The notes under the pieces: model-generated
What the model was told of the DNA's origin: nothing
The model's database searches: none
What the model saw: the letters and a program-made list of their open reading frames with translations, nothing else
Assembly: GCA_963817095.1 (NCBI GenBank)
Contig: CAWFND010000002.1
Location: 34,841-98,840, forward strand
Direction of reading: 5' to 3'
DNA: 64,000 nucleotides
DNA from: an uncultured Chloroflexia bacterium
GTDB lineage: Bacteria; Chloroflexota; Limnocylindria; Limnocylindrales; CSP1-4
Shown: positions 51,148 through 60,239 of the stretch, piece by piece
Layout of the letters: the number at the start of each line of letters is the position of its first letter
Position numbering within the stretch: position 1 is the first letter of the stretch
Program-made: the position numbers and the translations under genes

Positions 51148-51163
51148 CTTCGGACCAACGAAC

Positions 51164-51198
51164 AAGACCGCCGGGCCCTTCGGGGCGCCGGCGGTCTT
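51164..51198 (+). terminator. GC-rich hairpin after flp copy 2
   Basis: aagaccgccgggccc-ttcg-gggcgccggcggtctt, then cgtgatt. Confidence 0.55.
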
Positions 51199-51258
51199 CG
51201 TGATTCCGGCGCCCGAGAGGGCCGATGCGTGCTGTCATCGCTTTTGCGGCCGGCCTTC

Positions 51259-51288
51259 TTGACGAAACGGATCGGCCGCTCGTAAGGT
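51259..51288 (+). promoter_or_regulatory. Candidate promoter of flp copy 3 (TTGACG-N18-TAAGGT)
   Basis: -35 ttgacg at 51259-51264 and -10 taaggt at 51283-51288. Confidence 0.5.
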
Positions 51289-51342
51289 TCGCCGGCCCCC
51301 GGGGTTCATCGGGGAGTCTCGAGGAAAGGAGGTCCCACACAC

Positions 51343-51513
51343 ATGTCCGTTCTGAATGCACTTATCGCATCCTTCCGCCGGGATGAGGACGGCCAGGGTC
51401 TCGCCGAGTACGCGCTGATCCTCGCCCTCATCGCGATCGTGGCGATCATCGCCCTGATCTTCCTCGGCACCCAGGTCAGCACGATCCTGTCGAAGGTCGG
51501 CGCCTCCGTCTGA
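51343..51513 (+). CDS. flp: Flp-family type IVb pilin (copy 3)
   Basis: MSVLNALIASFRRDEDGQG followed by a mature part identical to copies 1-2. An aaggagg SD lies upstream. Confidence 0.9.
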   Translation: MSVLNALIASFRRDEDGQGLAEYALILALIAIVAIIALIFLGTQVSTILSKVGASV

Positions 51514-51525
51514 CGCAGCACCGAT

Positions 51526-51561
51526 GAACCGCCGGGCCGCATCGCGCGGTGCCGGCGGTTC
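51526..51561 (+). terminator. Imperfect GC-rich hairpin after flp copy 3
   Basis: gaaccgccgg...ccggcggttc outer arms with inner ccgc/gcgg pairing. Confidence 0.45.
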
Positions 51562-51625
51562 GTCGTCTCCGGCCCCTTGTGGCCTGGGCGGTGCGTCACC
51601 GCGCCGCCCTGTACCAAGGGACCTA

Positions 51626-51653
51626 TTGACAGGCACGTCACACGGCCTACCGT
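51626..51653 (+). promoter_or_regulatory. Candidate promoter of flp copy 4 (TTGACA-N16-TACCGT)
   Basis: -35 ttgaca at 51626-51631 and -10 taccgt at 51648-51653. Confidence 0.45.
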
Positions 51654-51729
51654 GCGTCGTGCCGGGGGCGCGCCTATCCCGACCTCCGGGAGCGCCCATT
51701 CGGGACGTTCGACGGAAGGAGGTGAATCA

Positions 51730-51921
51730 GTGTCCCAGTTCCGGCGGATCGCCGCCCGGTTGCGTCAGACATGGCGTGACGAAGACGGCCAGGGTCTGGC
51801 CGAATACGCACTCATCCTTGCGCTCATCGCGATCGTCGCCATCGTTGCCTTGATCTTCATGGGGCAGCAGGTGAGCAACAAGCTCAGTGTCATCGGAAGC
51901 ACGATCCAGTCCGTGCAATAA
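51730..51921 (+). CDS. flp: Flp-family type IVb pilin (copy 4, divergent mature region)
   Basis: GTG 51730 lies within ORF 51577..51921, with an aaggaggtg SD. Sequence: VSQFRRIAARLRQTWRDEDGQGLAEYALILALIAIVAIVALIFMGQQVSNKLSVIGSTIQSVQ. Confidence 0.85.
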   Translation: MSQFRRIAARLRQTWRDEDGQGLAEYALILALIAIVAIVALIFMGQQVSNKLSVIGSTIQSVQ

Positions 51922-51943
51922 CCAGCGGCACCGCACCACATTC

Positions 51944-51978
51944 GAACGGCCCGTCCGGGCTCTCCGGACGGGCCGTTC
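51944..51978 (+). terminator. Perfect 15-bp GC-rich hairpin after flp copy 4
   Basis: gaacggcccgtccgg-gctct-ccggacgggccgttc. No clear U-tract follows. Confidence 0.5.
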
Positions 51979-52090
51979 GGCGTCTCCGGAGGGTCGCGCG
52001 CAACGTCTCGCCGCGGCACCGACAAACATTGCGATTTGCCTTGCGTCGTGCGTGATTTCCTCCCGTTTCTTCCCTATGGTCCTAGCCCAT

Positions 52091-52099
52091 TGGTATAGT
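52091..52099 (+). promoter_or_regulatory. Candidate extended -10 promoter (TGgTATAGT) for the cpaB-tadC operon
   Basis: cattGGTATAGTcgc lies in the only locally AT-richer stretch (52020-52100), ~60 nt upstream of the cpaB start. Confidence 0.45.
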
Positions 52100-52160
52100 C
52101 GCGCGCCCCGAACCCGGTGCTACAGTGGTGCCACCTGTCACACGGCTCGGGAGACCTATC

Positions 52161-53069
52161 TTGAAGCGCTCGAATCGGCTTGTCCTGCTCGTCGGGGTGT
52201 TCCTGGCGGTCGTTGCGTTTGTCGGAATCGCGCTGTTGCTGAACAACGGCGGCTCGACGACCAACAACAACAACACCGCGGTCCCGACACAGCTTCCGAC
52301 TGTCATCGCGAAGCAGGACATCAACCTCGGGGTGACTGTCACCGCTGACATGCTCGATACGCAGACGATCGACGTGACCAACCGAAAGGCGACCGCGTAC
52401 GGTGATCCGAGCCAGGTCGTCGGGCAGGTCGCGCGCCGGCCGATCAAGGCCACCTCGCAGCTCGAGACGGCCGACTTCGACACGAGCGGCACCGGCGTGA
52501 CGACGATCACCGTTCCTCCGGGCATGCGAGCGATCTCCGCCCAGGTCGACCAGGTCTCCGGCGTCGGCACCGTGATCAACACGGGCGACTACGTCGACCT
52601 CCTCGTCGGCTTCACCGGTGACAAGTTCCCGGTCGTGACGGTGAACCCGCAGGACAACTCGATCAGCGTCGTCAGCGGCCTCAACGGGACGAGCGTGAAG
52701 CTCCTCCTCGAGGGCATGCAGGTCCTCGGCCGGCAGCTCCCGCCCCCGACCACGACCCAGGCCCAGCAGCCTGCCGAGAACGGACAGACGCCCAGCGGAC
52801 AGCCGACGACGTCGCTCAACGGCCAGCAGGAGATCGTCATCCTGGCGGTGACCCCGGCCCAGGCCGAGGTGATCAAGTTCGCCCAGCTGGACGGCTCGAT
52901 CAGCCTCGTCCTCCGCTCCTCGAAGGACTTCGTCGACGACCAGGGCAACCCGGTCGTGACCCCGCCGAGCGGCACGGACGGCATCACCCTCAAGAAGCTC
53001 ACCACGGACTTCGCGGTTCCGATCCCGGAGCTCGTCGAGGCCATCCTCCCCGCCCAGGCCAAGCGCTAG
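52161..53069 (+). CDS. cpaB: Flp pilus assembly protein CpaB/RcpC-like
   Basis: LKRSNRLVLLVGVFLAVVAF TM anchor, then SAF-like VIAKQDINLGVTVTADML and RcpC-like VPPGMRAISAQVD..GDYVDLLV. The TTG 52161 start fits the family better than the ORF-track start at 52125. Confidence 0.8.
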   Translation: MKRSNRLVLLVGVFLAVVAFVGIALLLNNGGSTTNNNNTAVPTQLPTVIAKQDINLGVTVTADMLDTQTIDVTNRKATAYGDPSQVVGQVARRPIKATSQLETADFDTSGTGVTTITVPPGMRAISAQVDQVSGVGTVINTGDYVDLLVGFTGDKFPVVTVNPQDNSISVVSGLNGTSVKLLLEGMQVLGRQLPPPTTTQAQQPAENGQTPSGQPTTSLNGQQEIVILAVTPAQAEVIKFAQLDGSISLVLRSSKDFVDDQGNPVVTPPSGTDGITLKKLTTDFAVPIPELVEAILPAQAKR

Positions 53070-53222
53070 CCGGCCGAGGCACCACGCCGGTCGCGAGAGC
53101 CACCGGTCGAACGAGCCAAGCGCGACGGGCGCGTCGGACTCCGGTCCCCGCGCCCGTCCAACGCTCCGGGGACCCGTTCCCCGGCCACCCCCAGCAGCGA
53201 GACCTACCGGACCACTGAACGA

Positions 53223-54482
53223 ATGGCCGACCAGATCCGCGTCCTGATCGTGGACGACATCCCGGAGACCCGCGACCACCTGACGAAGCTTCTCGGGTTC
53301 GAGAGCGACATCGAGGTGGTCGGGTCCGCCGCCTCCGGCAGCGAGTCGCTGTCGATGGCCGGCGAGCTGCTCCCGGACGTCGTCCTCATGGACATCAACA
53401 TGCCCGACATGGACGGGATCGCCGCGACCGAGAAGCTCTCGTCGCAGGTGCCGAGCGCCTCGGTCGTGATGATGTCCGTCCAGGGCGAAGCCGACTACCT
53501 CCGCCGGTCGATGCTCGCGGGAGCCCGCGAGTTCCTCGTCAAGCCGTTCAGCAGCGACGAGCTGACCGCCTCGATCCGCCAGGTCTACACGCGCGAGCAG
53601 GACAAGCTCAGCCGGATGGCGATCGCGCCGGTCGCGGCCGGTTCGCCTCCGCGCGGCGCCGCCGGCGGCGGCGAGGACGGCCAGGAAGGCCAGGTCGTCG
53701 CGATCTTCAGCCCGAAGGGCGGGGTCGGCCGCACGACGGTCGCCGTCAACCTTGCGGTCGCCGCGGCGACGGAGCTCGGCAAGACGGTCGTGCTCGTCGA
53801 CGGGTCGTTCCAGTTCGGCGACGTCGGCGTGCTCCTGAACCTGAACCCGAAGAACAAGTCGATCGCGGACCTGGTGCCGGAGCTGGAAGCCGGCGAGCCC
53901 GAGTCGCTCGACACGTTCATCATCAATCACTCCGCCGGGATCCGGGTGCTCCTCGCCCCGCCGTCCCCGGAGATGGCCGAGCTGATCACGCCGTCCGGCG
54001 TCCGCCGGGTCCTGGAGGCGCTCCGCCGTCACCACGACCTGGTGATCGTCGACTGCACGTCGTGGTTCAACGAGACGACGCTCGCGATCCTCGATGCCTC
54101 GGACATCGTCCTGACGATGCTCAGCCTCGAGATCACGAGCATCAAGAACATGCGGTTGTTCCTGGAAGTCGCCGAGCAGCTCGGCTACGACCAGCAGAAG
54201 GTCAAGCTCGTCCTCAACCGGGCGGACTCCAGTCTCGGCATCCGCGTCTCCGACGTGGAGAGCTCGATCGGCCGGAAGGTCGATCACACCATCGTCAGCG
54301 ACGGGCGGTCCGTCGTGTACGCCCTCAACCGGGGAGTACCGTTCTTCCTGTCCAACCGGGAGGCGCAGGTCTCCCAGGACATCCTCCGTCTGGCCCAGTC
54401 GATCGCCGGGGAACGGGCCGCTGCCCCGAGCGACGAGGCACGCAAGACGGCCCAGAAGAAGTCGTTGTTCTCATTCCGATGA
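53223..54482 (+). CDS. cpaE: CpaE/TadZ-like ParA/MinD ATPase with an N-terminal response-regulator receiver domain
   Basis: REC domain (RVLIVDD, VVLMDINMPDMDG, LVKPF) plus a deviant Walker A (IFSPKGGVGRTTVAVNLA). Intact 419 aa. Confidence 0.85.
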   Translation: MADQIRVLIVDDIPETRDHLTKLLGFESDIEVVGSAASGSESLSMAGELLPDVVLMDINMPDMDGIAATEKLSSQVPSASVVMMSVQGEADYLRRSMLAGAREFLVKPFSSDELTASIRQVYTREQDKLSRMAIAPVAAGSPPRGAAGGGEDGQEGQVVAIFSPKGGVGRTTVAVNLAVAAATELGKTVVLVDGSFQFGDVGVLLNLNPKNKSIADLVPELEAGEPESLDTFIINHSAGIRVLLAPPSPEMAELITPSGVRRVLEALRRHHDLVIVDCTSWFNETTLAILDASDIVLTMLSLEITSIKNMRLFLEVAEQLGYDQQKVKLVLNRADSSLGIRVSDVESSIGRKVDHTIVSDGRSVVYALNRGVPFFLSNREAQVSQDILRLAQSIAGERAAAPSDEARKTAQKKSLFSFR

Positions 54483-54530
54483 TGTCGTCGGTCACAGCGG
54501 CCCAACGCGGCGCGATAAGGGGTTGATGCG

Positions 54531-55946
54531 ATGTCTTTGCTGAAGCGGATCGAGAGCGCTCGTCCGGGCGCCGGGCCGGCTCCGGCCTCCACCGGAGTGC
54601 CGGCTCCCGGGCGGGTCCGGCCGCCCCGAGCGGACCGTCCGGAGGCGACGCCACCGGCCCAGCGCCTGATGACCCAGGCGCCGGTCCGGGAGTCGTTCCG
54701 TGACGTCAAGTTCCGGATCCAGAGCCGGGTCATCCAGGACCTGGACCCGAAGCTCGACCTGTCGAACCAGGTCGAGGTCCGGCGCCAGATCGAGGAGATC
54801 TTCGGCAAGGTCATCGACGAGGAAGGCCTCGCCCTGACCCGCGCCGAGCGCGTCCGGATGCTCGAGCAGATCACCGACGAGATCATCGGCCTCGGCCCGT
54901 TGGAGCCCCTCCTCCGCGACGAGTCGATCTCGGAGGTCATGGTCAACGGCCCGCGCCAGGTCTACATCGAACGCTCGGGCAAGCTCGAGCTGACGAACGT
55001 CGTCTTCCAGAACGACGACCACGTCATGCGGATCATCGACCGGATCATCGCCCCGATCGGTCGCCGCGTCGACGAGTCGTCGCCGATGGTCGACGCCCGA
55101 CTGACCGACGGCTCCCGCGTCAACGCGATCATCCCGCCGCTGTCCCTCGTCGGCCCCGTCATCACGATCCGGAAGTTCTCCGCGTCGCCGTTCACGGTCG
55201 ACGACCTCGTCCGGTTCGGCACGGCAACTCCCGACATGTTCGACTTCCTCCGCGCCTGCGTGGAAGCCAGGCTGAACGTCTTCGTCTCCGGCGGCACGGG
55301 CTCCGGCAAGACCACGACCCTGAACGTCCTCTCCTCGTTCATCCCGAACGACGAGCGGATCGTCACGATCGAGGACGCGGCCGAGCTCCAGCTCCGCCAG
55401 GAGCACGTCGTCACGCTGGAGTCGCGCCCGCCGAACATCGAAGGCAAGGGCGCCATCCCGATCCGCGAGCTCGTCCGGAACTCCCTCCGGATGCGGCCCG
55501 ACCGGATCATCGTCGGAGAGTGCCGCGGCGGTGAGGCGCTGGACATGCTCCAGGCCATGAACACCGGTCACGACGGCTCGATGTCGACCGGCCACGCCAA
55601 CAGCCCGCGCGACATGCTCGCCCGTCTCGAGACGATGGTCCTCATGGCCGGCGTCGACCTCCCGGTCCGCGCCATCCGCGAGCAGATCGCCTCGGCGGTC
55701 GACCTGATCGTCCAGCAGAGCCGCCTCAAGGACGGGACCCGGAAGATCGTCAACATCACCGAGGTCCAGGGCATGGAAGGCGACGTCATCGTCATGCAGG
55801 ACGTCTTCGTCTTCGAGCAGACCGGTGTCGTCGAAGGCAAGATCCAGGGCCGCCTGAAGGCGACCGGGATCCGGCCCAAGTTCGTCGAGAAGTTCGAGGT
55901 GATGGGCATCCATCTGCCTCCGGGCCTCTTCGGCTTCAGCTACTGA
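54531..55946 (+). CDS. cpaF: CpaF/TadA secretion ATPase
   Basis: Walker [15 protein letters not shown], Asp box [11 protein letters not shown], Walker B/His box [15 protein letters not shown]...[15 protein letters not shown]. Confidence 0.95.
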   Translation: MSLLKRIESARPGAGPAPASTGVPAPGRVRPPRADRPEATPPAQRLMTQAPVRESFRDVKFRIQSRVIQDLDPKLDLSNQVEVRRQIEEIFGKVIDEEGLALTRAERVRMLEQITDEIIGLGPLEPLLRDESISEVMVNGPRQVYIERSGKLELTNVVFQNDDHVMRIIDRIIAPIGRRVDESSPMVDARLTDGSRVNAIIPPLSLVGPVITIRKFSASPFTVDDLVRFGTATPDMFDFLRACVEARLNVFVSGGTGSGKTTTLNVLSSFIPNDERIVTIEDAAELQLRQEHVVTLESRPPNIEGKGAIPIRELVRNSLRMRPDRIIVGECRGGEALDMLQAMNTGHDGSMSTGHANSPRDMLARLETMVLMAGVDLPVRAIREQIASAVDLIVQQSRLKDGTRKIVNITEVQGMEGDVIVMQDVFVFEQTGVVEGKIQGRLKATGIRPKFVEKFEVMGIHLPPGLFGFSY

Positions 55947-55965
55947 ACGCGGAGGAGGCCACGGA

Positions 55966-56979
55966 ATGCCAGTCATGACGCTCGTCGTCGCGGGCGTCGC
56001 CGCCGCCGCGATCTTCCTGATCGCGATCGGCATCGCGACGTCCGGCAGCGGCTCCGGCGTGAGCGCCCGTCTCGAGCGGTACGCATCGGCTCGCCAGAGC
56101 GGCAAGCCCGAGGCGTCCGGTCAGGGCGGCATCGCCGACCTGCTCGCGCAGTCCGTCGCCCTCGCCCAGCTGAACCGGGTCGTCGAGAACCGCGACTTCG
56201 GGGCGAACCTCGCCCGCGACATCGCCCGCGCCGACCTGAAGCTCAAGCCGTCCGAGTTCCTGGCGATCTGGGCCGGCTCCATCATCGGGATCCCGTTCCT
56301 GTTCGTCGTCCTGTCGCTCGGCCTGCCGGCCCTCCGCAGCCCGATCGCACTTCTCGTGGGCGCGTTCATCGGGTTCATGCTCCCGCGCTTCTGGCTGGGC
56401 CGTCGCAAGGCCGGCCGGCTGGGCGCGTTCAACAAGCAGCTGCCCGACACGATCACCCTCCTCGCCAACGGCCTCCGCGCCGGCTCGTCGTTCCTCCAGG
56501 CCGTCGAGCTCGTCGTCCGCGAGTCGCGGCCGCCGATGTCGACCGAGTTCAGCCGCGTCATTCGCGAGGTCAACCTCGGCCTGCCGTTCGAGCAGGCGAT
56601 GGAGAACATGGTCCGCCGCGTCCGGTCCGACGACCTGGAGCTGATGGCGACCGCGATCAACATCCAGCACACGGTCGGCGGCAACCTCGCCGAGATCCTC
56701 GACTCGATCGCCTACACGATCCGCGAGCGCATCCGGATCCAGGGCGAGATCCGCACCCTCACCGCGCAGCAGCGCCTGTCGGGCTACGTGGTCGGCTTCC
56801 TGCCGATCGGCCTCGCCGGCTTCCTGTTCATCGCGGCCCCGCACTTCATGGATCCGATGTTCCAGAAGCCGCCGGAGGCCCTGGGACTGCCGCTCGGCAT
56901 GGTCATCCTGTTCTTCGGCGGATTCATGATGTTCATCGGCTTCATGCTGATCCGCCGCATCGTCGACATCGAGGTCTAG
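55966..56979 (+). CDS. tadB: TadB-like type II secretion system F-family membrane protein
   Basis: T2SSF-type sequence (LPDTITLLANGLRAGSSFLQAVE...) with flanking TM helices. Intact 337 aa. Confidence 0.85.
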   Translation: MPVMTLVVAGVAAAAIFLIAIGIATSGSGSGVSARLERYASARQSGKPEASGQGGIADLLAQSVALAQLNRVVENRDFGANLARDIARADLKLKPSEFLAIWAGSIIGIPFLFVVLSLGLPALRSPIALLVGAFIGFMLPRFWLGRRKAGRLGAFNKQLPDTITLLANGLRAGSSFLQAVELVVRESRPPMSTEFSRVIREVNLGLPFEQAMENMVRRVRSDDLELMATAINIQHTVGGNLAEILDSIAYTIRERIRIQGEIRTLTAQQRLSGYVVGFLPIGLAGFLFIAAPHFMDPMFQKPPEALGLPLGMVILFFGGFMMFIGFMLIRRIVDIEV

Positions 56980-56982
56980 CCG

Positions 56983-57930
56983 ATGCCCCCGATCCTCCCG
57001 ATCCTCATCGCCGCCGTCGCGGCGGGGGCGATCCTGCTGATCGCCCTCGGCCTCGCGGGCGGCTCGCCGGTCGACCCGGTCCAGGCCCGCCTGACCCAGC
57101 TGGGCACGATGCAGGCGAAGAACCTCGAAGAGCTGGAGCTCCAGGCTCCGTTCCTCGAGCGGACCCTTCGCCCGATCGCCGCGCAACTGTCCGGCCGCCT
57201 GTCGCGGGTTGCCAGCAACTCGTTCCAGGAGCGGACGGAGAAGCGACTCGCCCTCGCCGGCAACCCCGGCAACCTGCGGGTCTCCGACTGGCTCGGCATC
57301 AAGGCCGTAGCCGCGGTCGTGGGCGCCGTCCTGTTCCTGCTCCTCTTCGGCGTCGTCGGCCTCCTCGGCCTGCCGCCGATCCTGCGCCTCCTCATGGGCG
57401 CCATCGGCCTGATGTTCGGCTACACGATCCCGGAGTTCTGGCTCGGCGGGCGCGTCAAGAAGCGCCAGCACCTGATCCTCCTCCAGATCCCGGACGTCCT
57501 CGACCTGCTGACGATCTCCGTCCGGGCCGGCCTCGGCTTCGATGCCGCCCTCGGCAAGGTCGTCGAGAAGATGGAGGGGCCGCTCGTCGACGAGTTCCGC
57601 CGAGCGCTGGCCGAGGTCCGCGTCGGCAAGGCGCGCCGCGACGCGCTCCGCGACATCGTTCCCCGGACCGAGGTCCCGCCGCTGACGAACTTCATCGGCG
57701 CGATCATCCAGGCCGAGCAGCTGGGTGTCTCGATCAGCAAGGTGCTCCAGGTCCAGTCGGAGCAGCTCCGGATCGAGCGCCGGCAGCGCGCCGAGGAGCA
57801 GGCGGCGAAGGCGCCGATCAAGATGCTCTTCCCGCTCGTCGGGTGCATCTTCCCGTCGCTGTTCATCGTCATCCTCGGGCCGGCGATCATCCTGATCATG
57901 CAGAACCTGACGGCGAACCCGGGCACGTGA
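56983..57930 (+). CDS. tadC: TadC-like type II secretion system F-family membrane protein
   Basis: LQIPDVLDLLTISVRAGLGFDAALGKV..., C-terminal TM pair. Intact 315 aa. Confidence 0.85.
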   Translation: MPPILPILIAAVAAGAILLIALGLAGGSPVDPVQARLTQLGTMQAKNLEELELQAPFLERTLRPIAAQLSGRLSRVASNSFQERTEKRLALAGNPGNLRVSDWLGIKAVAAVVGAVLFLLLFGVVGLLGLPPILRLLMGAIGLMFGYTIPEFWLGGRVKKRQHLILLQIPDVLDLLTISVRAGLGFDAALGKVVEKMEGPLVDEFRRALAEVRVGKARRDALRDIVPRTEVPPLTNFIGAIIQAEQLGVSISKVLQVQSEQLRIERRQRAEEQAAKAPIKMLFPLVGCIFPSLFIVILGPAIILIMQNLTANPGT

Positions 57931-58394
57931 TCGAGCCCGGCGCCGCGCCGGAACCCTCCTCGGAGCCGTCAGCCCACCCGCCAGCCGCCGAACCGGACCC
58001 GGGCGCCGCGAGCGCCGACGGGTCCGGCGGCATGTCCGTCCGGAACGTCAGCCGCGGGACGGTGCTCGCCGCCGACGTGGAGACGGCCGCGGGTCTGTGG
58101 GGCAAGTTCATGGGCCTGATGGGCCGGCCGACGCTCGCGAGCGGGGCCGCGTTGTGGCTGCCCGAGAGCAACGGCATCCACATGATGTTCATGCGATTCG
58201 CGATCGACGCGGTGTTCGTCGGCCGGCCGGACGCCGCCGACGGCTCGCGTGCCGTGCTGTCGGTGCACGAGCACCTGCCCGCGTGGCGTGGCCTGGTCCC
58301 GCTCGTGCGAGGCGCCCACGGCGTGCTCGAGCTGCCGGCCGGCACGATCGCGGCGACGGGAACGAGCGTCGGAGACCGGCTGCTCCTCGCCTGA
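57927..58394 (+). CDS. DUF192-domain protein, translationally coupled to tadC
   Basis: GTG 57927 forms a GTGA overlap with the tadC stop (ATG 58032 is an alternative start). Core sequence: GLWGKFMGLMGR..ALWLPESNGIHMMFMRFAIDAVFV...VLELPAG. Confidence 0.7.
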   Translation: MIEPGAAPEPSSEPSAHPPAAEPDPGAASADGSGGMSVRNVSRGTVLAADVETAAGLWGKFMGLMGRPTLASGAALWLPESNGIHMMFMRFAIDAVFVGRPDAADGSRAVLSVHEHLPAWRGLVPLVRGAHGVLELPAGTIAATGTSVGDRLLLA

Positions 58395-58543
58395 GGCTCG
58401 GGTTGTGCGTCCGGGTCGTCCGCGCGCCGCAGCCCGTCGCCGCCTCCCGCAGTCGCCCGCGGCAGCCGCCTCGTGCTCATGTCTCAGGAACATGCTCGAA
58501 CCCCGGCCGCGGCGTGATCGTCGCGGCCATGGCCCGCGCCCAT

Positions 58544-59288
58544 CTACCGTAGCGATTCCCGTCGTCGGTCGAGCGTGGACCGCGCGGACGCGCTGCCGCG
58601 GCCCGATCGGACCATGGCTCCGCGCCATCGGCGCCACGAACCAGAGCGCCGCGAGGTCGGACTCCGGTGCATGCAGCCACGCGCGTGCACGCAGAGACGC
58701 GTGCGGAAACGTGACGCTGAACATCGTCGCGTGACGACGCGCGACCGTCCGGTTGGCCGACGTCCCCGCGACGACCAGCAATCGGCCCAGTGCGCGCCGG
58801 TCCCAGCCACGTTGGCGCTCCACGATCTCGGGGACGATTCGGACCTTCTTCGACATCGACATCAGCATCGCCTGCAGGTCGGTCAGCTCGGTCTTGACCT
58901 CGACGATGAGCAGCGCTCGATAGGCAGGGTGCCAGCCAAGGACGTCCACGGATCCACGGTCTCCGAAGCTGTTGAACGTGAACTCGGGTTCGACGACCCA
59001 GCCGGACGCGGCGAGGCGGGCAGTCACGATCTCCACGATCGCGGCGTGTCCTCGATCAAGCAGGCGGTCGGCCAGCCCACCCCGCCATCGAGCGTCGACG
59101 ACCAGGTCCACGCCGAGCGCGGCGGCGATCCTCCGGCTCGATCGGAGCGACACGCTCTCCAATCGTCCGTTCTCGAGATCCGAGACGACCGATTGATCGA
59201 CGTCCGCGATCCGAGCCACATCCGATTGCCGAAGCCGATGGTCATGTCGAACGGCGCGGACGATCCGGCCGACGCGCAGGTCGTTCAT
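58544..59288 (-). CDS. XRE-family HTH protein with a PD-(D/E)xK-like nuclease-fold C-terminal domain; 3' end uncertain
   Basis: HTH segment LRQSDVARIADVDQSVVSDLENG. This is followed by GSVDVLGWHPAYRALLIVEVKTELTD. GC3 drops after ..QRVRAVH (~58580). The as-sequenced frame has no stop until 57969 and runs antisense through the DUF192 gene. An adjacent-frame stop lies at 58544. Confidence 0.6.
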
Positions 59289-59397
59289 CGCGGCATCGTG
59301 GCCGGTGGCGCTTCACCACCGCTGCACTGCGAACGGAGTGAGCGCGAGTGAAGCCGTCGTGAACCGGGCGATACGACCGGCGCACGATCCTCACGGG

Positions 59398-60078
59398 ATG
59401 GCGACGCGGATGATGGCTCGCGCACTCGACGTCGCCTTCCCCGCGCGATGCCCCGGTTGCGGGCGCGAGGGCGCGCCGATCTGCAGCGACTGTCTGCCCG
59501 CGCTCGACGTCCGGCTCGAGCGGCCGCCCGGGATCCCGATCGGACTGCCGTCGGATGTCCCGGCGCCCCTGCTCCAGCTGGAGTGGTGCGCGCCGTTCGG
59601 AGGGCTCGTGCGCCGGGCGTTGCACGAGCTGAAGTACGGTGGCGAGACGCGACTCGCGGTGCCGCTCGGGGAGGCGGTCGCTCGACGCTGGGGGCGAGCC
59701 GGAGCCGGCGGCGACCTGCTCGTCCCGGTGCCGGTCCACGCGGAGCGGCGGCGTCACCGGGGATACGACCAGGCGGAGCTGATCGCCGCGTCGGCGGCCC
59801 GGACGCTCGGGCTCCCGATGGCCCCGGTCCTTCGCCGCGAGCGGGCGACGGCGGCGCAGTTCGACCTCGATCGACGGACGCGGGCGACGAACGTTGCGCG
59901 GGCATTCGCGCTCGTGCCGGGCGGCGGCCCGCGCGGATCGCAGCCGCTGCGCGGCCGCTGGATCGTCCTCGTCGACGACGTCGTGACGACCGGTGCGACG
60001 CTCTCGGCATGCGCCGGTCCGCTGCTGGAGGCGGGCGCGCTCGGCGTGTCCGCCATCACCGTGGCTCGCGAACGATGA
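59398..60078 (+). CDS. comF: ComF-family phosphoribosyltransferase-domain protein
   Basis: N-terminal Cys pairs (CPGCG...CSDC), then VPVPVHAERRRHRGYDQAE and the PRT motif IVLVDDVVTTGATL. ATG 59398 lies within ORF 59305..60078. Confidence 0.8.
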   Translation: MATRMMARALDVAFPARCPGCGREGAPICSDCLPALDVRLERPPGIPIGLPSDVPAPLLQLEWCAPFGGLVRRALHELKYGGETRLAVPLGEAVARRWGRAGAGGDLLVPVPVHAERRRHRGYDQAELIAASAARTLGLPMAPVLRRERATAAQFDLDRRTRATNVARAFALVPGGGPRGSQPLRGRWIVLVDDVVTTGATLSACAGPLLEAGALGVSAITVARER

Positions 60079-60239
60079 AGGGATCACGGGCGGGTCTGCC
60101 GTCGAAGACGGGTGCCCGCCCCGCCGATCTTCCACGACCCCGGGTGTAGACTCGGATCACGACGGGTCCGCTCGTCGATTGCCCCTCGGACTGCCCGATG
60201 TCCGCGCGAACGAGGCCGCAAGGCCTCTCGGGAGGAACC

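Noticed and set aside
52074-54287. 737-aa minus-strand ORF across cpaB and cpaE
   Set aside because: It is antisense to genes with clear CpaB and REC/ParA motifs, has an Arg/Asp/Gly-rich composition and shows no family motifs. The same reasoning rejects 54492..56105(-), 55936..57471(-), 61387..63951(-), 47099..48211(-), 47281..49350(-), 32285..33670(+), 35697..37634(+), 10507..11760(+), 20838..22262(+) and similar ORFs.
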